From NCBI GenBank assembly GCA_045804245.1, contig JBJMNN010000196.1, forward strand, positions 4,665-68,664: 64,000 nucleotides of DNA, read 5' to 3'. Position numbers and translations under genes: made by a program. Shown one piece after another: positions 37,270-45,668 of this stretch (the stretch's first letter is position 1; each line of letters starts with the position of its first letter). The notes under the pieces were generated by a model. That model had not been told where the DNA came from and did no database searches. It was given only the letters and a program-made list of their open reading frames with translations. Source of the DNA: Gemmatimonadaceae bacterium (GTDB lineage: Bacteria; Gemmatimonadota; Gemmatimonadetes; Gemmatimonadales; Gemmatimonadaceae).

Positions 37270-38344
37270 GCGCGCCGAAGATTTCAGCGGCGTCGAGGCG
37301 CAATTGCGCGCGCTCGAGCGCGGCGCCGGCGAGGGACCGCTCACGTTCGCTGATGGCGCGACGCTTCACGTGTCGAGCCTCTCGAAGCCGTTCTTCCCCA
37401 AGCCCGGAATCACGAAGGGGGCTCTGATGCGCTACTACACACGTGTCGCTCCCTATCTCCTGCCGGAGATCGAAGGGCGCGCGCTGGTGCTGAAGCGCTA
37501 TCCCGACGGGGTGGCGGGACCGATGTTCTTTCAGCAGAATGCCGGCGACCACGTGCCCGACGCCGTGCGTGTCGCGACGCTGGACACCGTGGAGCTGGGC
37601 GCCAAGCCGCGCATCGTGGGCGGCGACCTCGCGACGCTGCTCTACACCGTGCAACTCGGCGCGATCGAAGTGCACCCGTGGCTCTCACGCATCGAGGATG
37701 TCGATGCGGCCGACCGCTGTCTGATCGATCTCGATCCCGGCGACGACGTGCCGTTCGTCGCCGTCGTGGCGCTTGCGCGGGAGGTCGTGCGCATCGCCGA
37801 AGCGGGTGGTCTCACCGTGGCGGTGAAGACATCGGGGGCGAGCGGCATCCACATCGTGCTGCCGCTTCCACCGCGCACGAGCTACGAGACGTCGGCTGCC
37901 CTCGCGCTGCGGTTGGCGGAAGCGGTCGTCGCGGCGAATCCCGAGACCGCGACGGTGGAGCGCGGCGTGAAAGCCCGTCCGAAGAAGAGCATCTACGTCG
38001 ACGCGTTGCAGAATGCGCGCGGCAAGAGCATGGCGGCGCCGTACAGCGTCCGGGCGCGGCCCGCCGCGACGGTGTCGGCGCCACTGCGTCCGCGCGATCT
38101 GACGAGTCGACTCCGCATCGATGCGTTCACCGTTGGCACCATGCCCGCGCGCGCGACGCGCGTGGGAGACTTGTGGGGTGACGCGATCGCCACGCGTCCC
38201 ACTGCGCGGAACCTCGCGCGAGCCATGGCGGCATTGCAGGACGCGTCATCGGCGCCCCCGCCGCGACGCGGAAGCAGCGGACGCAGGCGAGCAGGAGGCA
38301 AACATGCTGGACCAGCAGCAGGACGCCGAGCGCGGAGCGCGTGA
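37256..38344 (+). CDS. ligD: LigD primase-polymerase (PolDom) domain protein
   Basis: Track ORF, 362 aa. 'LSKPFFPKPGITKGALMRYY', 'LVLKRYPDG', 'DLDPGDDVPF', 'VKTSGASGIHIVLPL'. Overlaps the ligase ORF by 14 nt in the +1 frame. Confidence 0.85.
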   Translation: MTPRKRAEDFSGVEAQLRALERGAGEGPLTFADGATLHVSSLSKPFFPKPGITKGALMRYYTRVAPYLLPEIEGRALVLKRYPDGVAGPMFFQQNAGDHVPDAVRVATLDTVELGAKPRIVGGDLATLLYTVQLGAIEVHPWLSRIEDVDAADRCLIDLDPGDDVPFVAVVALAREVVRIAEAGGLTVAVKTSGASGIHIVLPLPPRTSYETSAALALRLAEAVVAANPETATVERGVKARPKKSIYVDALQNARGKSMAAPYSVRARPAATVSAPLRPRDLTSRLRIDAFTVGTMPARATRVGDLWGDAIATRPTARNLARAMAALQDASSAPPPRRGSSGRRRAGGKHAGPAAGRRARSA

Positions 38345-38648
38345 GGGTGCGCGAGGCGCGCCGCTGTACCGGCGGCAGATGCCGGGCGGTGGCTACGTAG
38401 AAGTGGAGCTCGACGCGTCGGGCGAGGCGACGCTCGACGGGCGGGTCGCGCCGACCCGCGGGCGGGTCGTCATGGAGCGGCGCGCGGATCCCGGCCGTCG
38501 GTCCGGGCATCGGGCTCCCGTGGTCGCGGAGCTCGCCGGCGACGATCTCGACGAACTGATGGCGGATCTCTTCCGGTTGGCGCGAGACAACGCGGCATTA
38601 GCGCGCAGTCTGATGCGGATGCACGCCGCCCGCGAGCGAGCGGACTGA
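38304..38648 (+). CDS. Hypothetical protein, 114 aa
   Basis: Tail of track ORF 38121..38648 from ATG 38304. Non-repetitive. Overlaps the low-complexity tail of PolDom by 41 nt. Confidence 0.4.
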   Translation: MLDQQQDAERGAREGARGAPLYRRQMPGGGYVEVELDASGEATLDGRVAPTRGRVVMERRADPGRRSGHRAPVVAELAGDDLDELMADLFRLARDNAALARSLMRMHAARERAD

Positions 38649-38660
38649 GGGCAGGACCGC

Positions 38661-38969
38661 TCAGCCACCTGCCGCGCGAAGCGGTATCTCGATCTGCGGC
38701 TCGTCGTCGGCGCGGTCAGGCGTACCGGGCGCGCCCGCCTGGCCGCGCGCCGCAGGGCGGGCGCCGAGGAGATGGAGCGTCTGATGGTAGAAGTGCAGCG
38801 TCTGGACGGGTGCCCGAAGACTCTCCGGGCCGGCGCGCGCGATGGCATAGCCTTCCTCGCGCACGCGGCGCGGCAGGGCGCGCGCGAGCGGATGCCGAAG
38901 CAGGCGCCGAATCTCGGTGCCGTTCCGGGCCAGGAGGGCCGCGCACAGGCTATCCAGGTAGTCGAGCAT
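38661..38969 (-). CDS. Hypothetical protein, 102 aa
   Basis: Track ORF: MLDYLDSLCAALLARNGTEIRRLL…. Preceded by an AT-rich region carrying a 21-bp palindrome. Confidence 0.45.
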   Translation of the reverse strand: MLDYLDSLCAALLARNGTEIRRLLRHPLARALPRRVREEGYAIARAGPESLRAPVQTLHFYHQTLHLLGARPAARGQAGAPGTPDRADDEPQIEIPLRAAGG

Positions 38970-38988
38970 CCAGGCTCCGCATTCGACC

Positions 38989-39009
38989 TAAATAACATAT
39001 TGCTACTAA
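38989..39009. promoter_or_regulatory. 21-bp imperfect palindrome TAAATAAC-ATATT-GCTACTAA
   Basis: Read directly from the sequence. Each arm matches the 39779 site at 6 of 8 positions, with the same 5-nt spacer and the same trailing TGT. Confidence 0.4.
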
Positions 39010-39069
39010 TGTGCCAGAAAGCAAGCCCTGGCGCAGCGCGCTGGCGTCACGATCCGGTCTCGGAAGGGC

Positions 39070-39768
39070 TCAACCGTCGGTGAACAGGTCGAATCGGACG
39101 CCGCGGCGCGCCCCGCGGCGCCTGCGGGGGGCGTACCGGAACAGCTGGGCGGGTCGACCGCGTCCCTCGCTGCGCCACTCGTCGGTCGGCTCCACGAGGT
39201 AGCTCGCTTGGAGTGCGCGCCGGAAGCTCGCCTTATGGAGCCGTCGCCCGAGGAGCAGCTCGTAGATCGCCTGCAGCTCGCTCAGCGCGAACGTCGGAGG
39301 CAGGAGCCGAAACGCGAGCGGTGACTGGTCGACGCGTTGGCGGACTACGGTGGTCGCGCGGTCGACGACGGCGCGGTGACGTGGCGACAATGGTGGCAAC
39401 GCGGCGAGCGAGAACCACTCGGCTCCCGCGACGAGCGCCGCCTCCGCGTGCGGCGTCAGCGCGACGAGGCCGACCGAGACGTCGGCGTCGCCCGGGTGGC
39501 GGCGCGCGTCGGCGAATGCGCCCACCTGCTCGAGGAGCGCCGGCGTCGCACCGAGCGCTGCTTCGGCGATGCGAGCCGCGGCGTCCTCGAGGCCCTCACC
39601 CGGAAGCGGTGCGTCCCAGGGCAGCGACCAGCGTTCGCGACCGCCCGGTGCAGTACGCACGAGCAGGGCCGCGAGCGTGTCCGCCTGCGGCGAGAGCACC
39701 ACCACGTCGACCGCCAGTGTCGTCTTGCGCACGGCGGGCTTCACGGGGTGAGACGGGCGCTCGCGCAT
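39070..39768 (-). CDS. nrtR: Nudix-domain plus winged-helix transcriptional regulator, NrtR-like
   Basis: Track ORF, 232 aa. N-terminal Nudix fold, and a C-terminal region 'LLPPTFALSELQAIYELLLGRRLHKASFRRAL…GRGRPAQLFRY' matching the NrtR C-terminal DNA-binding domain pattern. Confidence 0.7.
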   Translation of the reverse strand: MRERPSHPVKPAVRKTTLAVDVVVLSPQADTLAALLVRTAPGGRERWSLPWDAPLPGEGLEDAAARIAEAALGATPALLEQVGAFADARRHPGDADVSVGLVALTPHAEAALVAGAEWFSLAALPPLSPRHRAVVDRATTVVRQRVDQSPLAFRLLPPTFALSELQAIYELLLGRRLHKASFRRALQASYLVEPTDEWRSEGRGRPAQLFRYAPRRRRGARRGVRFDLFTDG

Positions 39769-39778
39769 GACGCGCGAA

Positions 39779-39799
39779 TTAGTAACAAAGAGTCACTAA
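39779..39799. promoter_or_regulatory. 21-bp palindrome TTAGTAAC-AAAGA-GTCACTAA, 11 nt upstream of the nrtR-like start codon
   Basis: Read directly from the sequence; arms match at 7 of 8 positions. A weaker third copy (TTGGTAAC-AAGCT-GACGTGAA) lies at about 39831-39851. Confidence 0.5.
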
Positions 39800-40040
39800 T
39801 GTCAAGAGCGCACGATCCGTGGCGACCGAATTGGTAACAAGCTGACGTGAATTCAGTCGCGCCGCGTGATGCGTGATATACGTCGTGCCGACAGAACCGT
39901 CAACCGACGATGTGGCCGGTGTCGCGTGCTCGGTGCGTCAGCAATGACACCGTGCGACAGCGTGCGACACCATGCACCGTCCGGCGCGCTCCGGCGCAAG
40001 AAACGGACTGCGAGCGCGACGTGTGCGCGGACGCCGCGTA

Positions 40041-41960
40041 CTAGGGCACGGTCGGCGCAGCGACCGAAGTGTTCGCGGCACGCGCCTCGCGCCGCACTCC
40101 CGCGCCATACGGCGCGACTGACGGGATGGTGATCGGAAGCTGCCCGGTGATCGGCGCCATGCCGAGCAACGCGCGAGCGGCGGCGCGCTGCATGAGCGGC
40201 GATCCGCCCCACGCGATGAGATAGCTCGAGACGGGAGGCAGGTCCTGCGCAATGTAGGGATTGCTGAACGTGGCGAGCACCACGCGCGAGCCGGCCTTCT
40301 GCAAGCCGTTCACGAGATCGGCCATCCCTTCGGGCGCGCCGAGGCGTGAGGTCGACGAGCTCGCCCCGAAGTACGAGGAGACGATCACGAGGTCGGCGCC
40401 CTGCGCGCCGCGCAGCGCGTTCTCGACGAGCGCAGGCAGCAGGCGTGGCTGGGGCGTGGCGATGTACTGCGCGTTCTGGCCAGGCGCGGCGGCTGCTGCT
40501 GCAGTGGCGTCGAAGACCTGCTCGGTGGAGAGCGAGATCGAGCGCAGTGCCGGAAACATGCGCGCGAGCTCTGCGTTGAAGGTGACGCCGGCTCCGAGGT
40601 CCGTGCGCGGGGCGATCGTGACGCTCACGACGCGCGCCGTTCCTGGCAGCCCGGTGAACGGGACGAGGCCGAGCGAGTCCTTCACGAGGGTGATGGCCCG
40701 TTCAGCGGCGAGCCGCGCGGTGGCGACATTGCTACTGTCGCCGACGACGGCGCGCATGGCCTGGACATCGGTGAGGCGCTGTCGAGGGAGGCCCATCTCC
40801 TGTTTGGCGACGAGGAGCTTGCGGACCGATTCATCGATGCGCGACTCCGGAAACAGCCCCTGGCGCACACCGTCGACGACGGCATTGATCGCCCCCGGAA
40901 TGTCGGTCGGCATCAGCAGCACGTCGTTGCCCGCCATGACGGCCCGCTGCGTCACCTCGGTCATGGTCATCTTGCCGAGCACGCCGTTCATGTCGAGCGC
41001 GTCGGTGACGAGCAGTCCGCGGAAGCCGAGCCGGCCGCGCAGCAGACCGGTCATGATGCGTGGGTTGAGCGTGGCGGGCAGCGACGACGTGTCGAGACCT
41101 GGCAGCTGCCCGTGGAAAGTCATGATCCCGCGTACGCCGGCTTGCACGGCGGCGCGGAAGGGCACGAGCTCGACGGTGTCGAGCCGCGCTGCCGAGGCGT
41201 TCACGCGCGCGAGCTCGAGGTGCGAGTTCTGCTCGGTGTCGCCATGTCCGGGAAAGTGCTTGCCGGTGGCGAGCATGCCGTTCTCCTGGATGCCACGCAC
41301 GAAGGCGGCGCCCAGTCGCGCGACGAGCTGCGGGTTCTCACCGAAGGACCGGAGGCTGATGACCGGATTCTTCGGGTTGTTGTTGACGTCGAGCACCGGC
41401 GCGAACGCCATGTGGATGCCGAGGGCGCGCCCTTCGCGTGCCGTGGCCCGACCCATCTCATACGCGAACGCCGTGTCGCGAGTTGCACCGATCCCCATTT
41501 CGTAGGGGAAATAGGTGGCTCCGCCGAGATCGATCGCGTTCGGGAGGAAGTAACCGCCTCGGGCGCGGAATGCCGCGCCGGTCTCAAGGTCGGCCCCGAC
41601 GAGCAGCGGCAGCGTACTGGCCTGCTGGAGTGCGTTGAGCTTACTGGCGATCTCGGTCGGCGAGCCGACGGAGATGATGATCCCGCCGAGATGTTGCTCG
41701 CGAACGAGCCGTTCGACGCGCTGATAAGTCGGGTCGTCGGCAGCGGTGTAGTCGCCGAGCACCCAGGGCCACACCATCTGTGCCGCCTTGTCGCGCAGCG
41801 AGAGCGTCGCAAGGACCGAGTCGGCCCACGTCGTCCTCCCGCGCGGGGCCGTGGTGGAGGCCGCGCCGGCAGGGGTGGTGGCAGGCGCGGTGTGGCTCGC
41901 CGTGGCGCAGGCCGACAGGGTCGCTGCGGCAAGCGCCGAGCGCGCCAGGCGCGCTACCAT
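40041..41960 (-). CDS. Glycoside hydrolase family 3 lipoprotein (beta-N-acetylhexosaminidase/NagZ-like with C-terminal domain)
   Basis: Track ORF 40041..42218 trimmed to the ATG at 41958-41960 (MVARLARSALAAATLSAC, lipobox). 'VLDVNNNPKNPVISLRSFG', 'KHFPGHGDTEQNSH'. Confidence 0.85.
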   Translation of the reverse strand: MVARLARSALAAATLSACATASHTAPATTPAGAASTTAPRGRTTWADSVLATLSLRDKAAQMVWPWVLGDYTAADDPTYQRVERLVREQHLGGIIISVGSPTEIASKLNALQQASTLPLLVGADLETGAAFRARGGYFLPNAIDLGGATYFPYEMGIGATRDTAFAYEMGRATAREGRALGIHMAFAPVLDVNNNPKNPVISLRSFGENPQLVARLGAAFVRGIQENGMLATGKHFPGHGDTEQNSHLELARVNASAARLDTVELVPFRAAVQAGVRGIMTFHGQLPGLDTSSLPATLNPRIMTGLLRGRLGFRGLLVTDALDMNGVLGKMTMTEVTQRAVMAGNDVLLMPTDIPGAINAVVDGVRQGLFPESRIDESVRKLLVAKQEMGLPRQRLTDVQAMRAVVGDSSNVATARLAAERAITLVKDSLGLVPFTGLPGTARVVSVTIAPRTDLGAGVTFNAELARMFPALRSISLSTEQVFDATAAAAAAPGQNAQYIATPQPRLLPALVENALRGAQGADLVIVSSYFGASSSTSRLGAPEGMADLVNGLQKAGSRVVLATFSNPYIAQDLPPVSSYLIAWGGSPLMQRAAARALLGMAPITGQLPITIPSVAPYGAGVRREARAANTSVAAPTVP

Positions 41961-42235
41961 GCGATGGTGCCCTTCTTCGACGTGTCCACATCCTCTTCGT
42001 GCCCGCTCTTGAAGAGGAACGCTTCCATGTTCTTGGTGAGGAAGCTCCGCGCCTGCGGATCCATGACGTTCAAACCGTAGTGGTTGATCAGCATGGTCTG
42101 CTGCTTCACCCACTGGCCCCAGCACTCCTGACAGAGACTCTCGACGATGCGGGCGCCGATCGGGCCAGGAAAGGGCGGCCGCTCGAAGCCGGCGCGCGTC
42201 TGACCACAGCGTACGCAAGTGACTGTACTAGGCAT
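41954..42235 (-). CDS. yggX: Fe(2+)-trafficking / oxidative-damage protection protein YggX
   Basis: Track ORF, 93 aa. 'CVRCGQ…PFPGPIGARIVESLCQECWGQWVKQQTMLINHYGLNVMDPQARSFL' closely parallels E. coli YggX. Confidence 0.85.
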   Translation of the reverse strand: MPSTVTCVRCGQTRAGFERPPFPGPIGARIVESLCQECWGQWVKQQTMLINHYGLNVMDPQARSFLTKNMEAFLFKSGHEEDVDTSKKGTIAW

Positions 42236-42332
42236 GGGACCTCACGATAAGGCAGAATGTCAAATCTACACCGAAACGGCCGTAAACGGTTCACGGTTGT
42301 CGGTTTACGTCAGCGAGCAGCAACAGCAGAAA

Positions 42333-42360
42333 GGGCACACCTGCAAATGCAGGTGTGCCC
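42333..42360 (-). terminator. Intrinsic terminator after the desaturase gene
   Basis: GGGCACACCTGCA / TGCAGGTGTGCCC stem, followed on the minus strand by TTTCTGCTG. Confidence 0.75.
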
Positions 42361-42398
42361 TCCGACAACCGATCACTGACAGCCGATGACCAACGCTG

Positions 42399-43199
42399 TC
42401 AGGCTGCCGCGTCCACCGCGTGCTCGTCGTGGCGCAGGGCGGCGGAGCCGTAGTTGCGCGCATACTCGATCTTGGCCAGGCCGAACGCCTGGAGCGTGCG
42501 GATGTAGGCCCAGCCGATGTCGAACTCGAACCACTTCGCCTTGAACTTGGCGCTCTTCGGATCGGCGTGGTGGTTGTTGTGCAGCTCCTCGCCGCCGAGC
42601 CAGATGGCGATCGGAGAGATGTTCCGGCTCTCGTCCTTGACCTCGAAGTTCCGGTACCCAAGCGCGTGGCCGATGCCATTGATGACGCCGGCGGCCCAGA
42701 GCGGGATCCAGATCATCTGAACGCCCCACACCGCGGGCCCGACGAAGAAGCCGAACAGGTAGATGTCGATGGCGAGCATCACGAGGATGCCCGTCCAGTT
42801 GAGCGGCGTGAGAAGGTGGCGCTCGATCCAGTCGTTCGGCGTGCCCTTGCCGTACTTCTCGAGCATGCCGGGCTGGCGCACCGCCTTGCGGTAGTAGAAC
42901 GCGCCCTTGAGCAGGATCTCACGCAGGCCCTCGACGAGCGGCGAATGCGGGTCACCTTCGCGATCGGCGAACGCGTGGTGCTTGCGATGGCACGCGACCC
43001 ATTCCTTGGTGACGATCGCCGTCGTGAGCCACAGCCAGATGCGCATCGGCATCGCCGCGATGGCGTGCAGGCGCACGCCGCGATGGGTCTGCGCGCGATG
43101 GAGGAAGAGCGTCACGCACACGTTCGTGAGATGCCCCGCGATCACGACGAAGAGCACCGGAATCCACCACCGGCTTGCCCAAGCGCCAAACTCTAGCAT
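42399..43199 (-). CDS. Membrane fatty-acid (acyl-CoA/acyl-lipid) desaturase
   Basis: Track ORF 42399..43295. Three His boxes: HRAQTH, HRKHH, HNNHH. Start trimmed to ATG 43199 because the 43295 ATG lies inside the upstream gene's terminator hairpin. Confidence 0.8.
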   Translation of the reverse strand: MLEFGAWASRWWIPVLFVVIAGHLTNVCVTLFLHRAQTHRGVRLHAIAAMPMRIWLWLTTAIVTKEWVACHRKHHAFADREGDPHSPLVEGLREILLKGAFYYRKAVRQPGMLEKYGKGTPNDWIERHLLTPLNWTGILVMLAIDIYLFGFFVGPAVWGVQMIWIPLWAAGVINGIGHALGYRNFEVKDESRNISPIAIWLGGEELHNNHHADPKSAKFKAKWFEFDIGWAYIRTLQAFGLAKIEYARNYGSAALRHDEHAVDAAA

Positions 43200-43272
43200 T
43201 TGCTGACTCCACTGACTTGTAAGCACCAACTCCAGAACGGCGTTGTACGCGTCGCCTGGACGGGGACAAATA

Positions 43273-43302
43273 GCTCCGGATGTCTCACGGGACATCCGGA
43301 GC
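43273..43302 (-). terminator. Terminator hairpin after the M1 aminopeptidase gene
   Basis: 12-bp perfect stem GCTCCGGATGTC / GACATCCGGAGC with a 6-nt loop, followed on the minus strand by TATTTGT. Confidence 0.7.
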
Positions 43303-43433
43303 CAGCACGAACATCACAGCACAACTCGTGAATCTAACGGCCGACGACCCGGACAGCCATCGGCAACCTCCCGACACGATGCGAACAAGCTCAGCCGCCG
43401 ACAAAATTGCATGTATCGCGCGGCGGAATCGCA

Positions 43434-45503
43434 TCACGGCAGCGGATGTCCAGCGATCTCGCCGCTCAACCCACCTGACGTCGCCGCCGGTGACGCCACG
43501 ACGGGAACAGGCGTTCCCCACGCATCGTTCGTCGCGTTCCAATCCGGAACGATCCCGTCGGGCCAGAGTCGCGCGCCGATGACAGCCGACTTCACGGTGA
43601 CCACGGCTTCGATGCGCTCGCCCTGCGACCACACCTCGACCGGCATCGCGACGTCCTGGGTGGAGTTGTCCCTCAAGAGGAGCCGGAGGCGGATGGGAAA
43701 TGGCACCGGCGTGTTCCGGCGCAACGCGATCACTGCGAGGTTCTGCCCCTGCTGCTGCCGCATCGTCACGTTGTCGATGCCGATGTCGAGCACGTCGGTC
43801 GAATACCAGAACGAGCGCCAGTACCAACCGAGGTCCATGCCGGACACGTTCTCGATCGTGCGGAAGAAGTCTCCCGGCGACGGATGCTTGAAGGCCCAGC
43901 GGTGCGCGTACTCGCGGAACGCCCGATCGAACGTCGCGCGGCCGACGACGTTGTCGCGCAGGGCGAGGAGCACCGCGCCCGGCTTGCGGTAGCCGAGCGC
44001 GCCGAGTGCCCGTGCGGCGATGCGATCGGGCGGCGTCATGAGCGGTGCGTCGATGTGATTCTCCACCGTCTGGCGCCAGTTGTTCACGTAGCCGGCGTAG
44101 GGTGACGTGCCGGGCGTGCGCCGCTCCAGGGCGAAGGCGTTGATGTAGGTGTTGAAGCCCTCGTCCTGCCAGGCGTACCGGCGCTCGTTGGAGCCGACGA
44201 TCATCGGGAACCACTCGTGCCCGTGCTCGTGGTTCACCGTCCCGAAGATCGACTTGGGGTCGTCCTTCGGGTCGCCGTAGTGCACCATGACGAACATTGG
44301 ATACTCCATACCGCCGACGGTGCCCGCCACCGACGTCGCCTGCGGATATGGATACTTGTAGAAGAGCTCCGAGTAGTTCCTGATCGTCCACGCAGTCTGC
44401 TCGGCCGCCTGCTCCCACGCCTTGCCCGCTTTGGCGATCTGATAGTAGGCCTGCGCCAGCACACCGTTGGCGTTGACGGCGTCCCACCGGAAATCGGGCG
44501 CGCCGGCCCACGCGACGTCGCGCACGTTCTGCGCGCGGAAGCGCCACGTGCGCGTACCGGAGGTCGTCGTGGCTCGCGCCTCGTGGTCGGTGATGATGGC
44601 GACGGTGGAATCGGAGCGCGACGCGCGCGCGAGTCGTTCGCGCTGCACGGCCGTGAGCACGTCAACGGCGTTCTGCAGCACACCGCTGCCCGCGATCGTG
44701 TAGCCGGCCGGCGCGGTGACGCTGTAGTCGATGTCGCCGTACTCGAGATAGAACTCACCCTGGCCGAAGTACGGATCGGTATTCCACCCGCGGATGTCGT
44801 CGTAGACGGCCATGCGCGGGTACCACTGCGCGATCTCGTAGAGCGTGCCGTCGCGGCCCATGCGATCGGAGCCATGCTCGGGAACGCGGAACGCGTAGCT
44901 CATCGTGACGGTGAGTCGCCCACCCTTCGGGGCGAGCGGTTGTTCGAGATCGATGCGCCCCATCGTGTCGTCGACGTGCATCGCGGCAGGGCGCCCGTTG
45001 ACCTGCAGCCCCTCGATGTCGTAGCCGCCCTGAAAACCACGCACGCCCCAGCGCGAATCGGCGGGAAAGAGCATCGACCCCTTGCTGCCCGGCCGATAGA
45101 GATTCTGATCGAGCTGCAGCCAAACGAAGCGGAGCGTGTCGGGGGAGTTGTTGGTGTAGCGGATCGTCACCGAGCCCGCGACGCGTTGCTGCGTGGTGTC
45201 GAGCGAAACCGCGATGGTGTAGTCGGCGCGCTGCTGCCAGTACTCCGGCCCGGGCGCGCCGGATGCGGAACGTGCCGCGTTGGGGCCTGGCCATTCCATC
45301 CGGTCGACGCGTGCGAGCGGATCGGTGTCGACTGTCCGAGGGCGCCCAGTACCGACCGCGGCGGCCGCTGGCGGGGCGCCGGCGGGCGCGGCCCCCGTCG
45401 CACGCGCGGTGTCGACGCGGACGGGAGTCAACACCTGGGGCCGCTGCGCAGCGCACGCAGCGAGCAGAGCGAGGGAGATCGCGATGGAGATGGAGCGCGT
45501 CAC
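43434..45503 (-). CDS. M1-family zinc aminopeptidase (lipoprotein)
   Basis: Track ORF 43434..45605. 'GGMEYP' (GxMEN-like), 'HEHGHEW' (HExxH), and a downstream 'WQDEGFNTY' Glu ligand. I chose GTG 45503, which gives the lipoprotein signal (M)TRSISIAISLALLAAC. Confidence 0.85.
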   Translation of the reverse strand: MTRSISIAISLALLAACAAQRPQVLTPVRVDTARATGAAPAGAPPAAAAVGTGRPRTVDTDPLARVDRMEWPGPNAARSASGAPGPEYWQQRADYTIAVSLDTTQQRVAGSVTIRYTNNSPDTLRFVWLQLDQNLYRPGSKGSMLFPADSRWGVRGFQGGYDIEGLQVNGRPAAMHVDDTMGRIDLEQPLAPKGGRLTVTMSYAFRVPEHGSDRMGRDGTLYEIAQWYPRMAVYDDIRGWNTDPYFGQGEFYLEYGDIDYSVTAPAGYTIAGSGVLQNAVDVLTAVQRERLARASRSDSTVAIITDHEARATTTSGTRTWRFRAQNVRDVAWAGAPDFRWDAVNANGVLAQAYYQIAKAGKAWEQAAEQTAWTIRNYSELFYKYPYPQATSVAGTVGGMEYPMFVMVHYGDPKDDPKSIFGTVNHEHGHEWFPMIVGSNERRYAWQDEGFNTYINAFALERRTPGTSPYAGYVNNWRQTVENHIDAPLMTPPDRIAARALGALGYRKPGAVLLALRDNVVGRATFDRAFREYAHRWAFKHPSPGDFFRTIENVSGMDLGWYWRSFWYSTDVLDIGIDNVTMRQQQGQNLAVIALRRNTPVPFPIRLRLLLRDNSTQDVAMPVEVWSQGERIEAVVTVKSAVIGARLWPDGIVPDWNATNDAWGTPVPVVASPAATSGGLSGEIAGHPLP

Positions 45504-45668
45504 GACATGCGGTGGTGAAGGGTAGGGCGGCTGCAGACGCCGCGCGCAGAGGACACGTCGCACGCGACGTCCCCTCTCCAGCGTGGTCGCGCGGTAGCAC
45601 CGCAACGAAAATACCGTCCGAGGGGACGCCCTTGCCCAACGCGGAGGGGGCGCCTAGCGTCACCGGAC

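Noticed and set aside
43200-43295. ATG 43295 as the desaturase start
   Set aside because: It lies inside the 12-bp-stem terminator hairpin of the upstream aminopeptidase gene. The extra 32 residues precede the first TM segment and are not needed for the three-His-box core.
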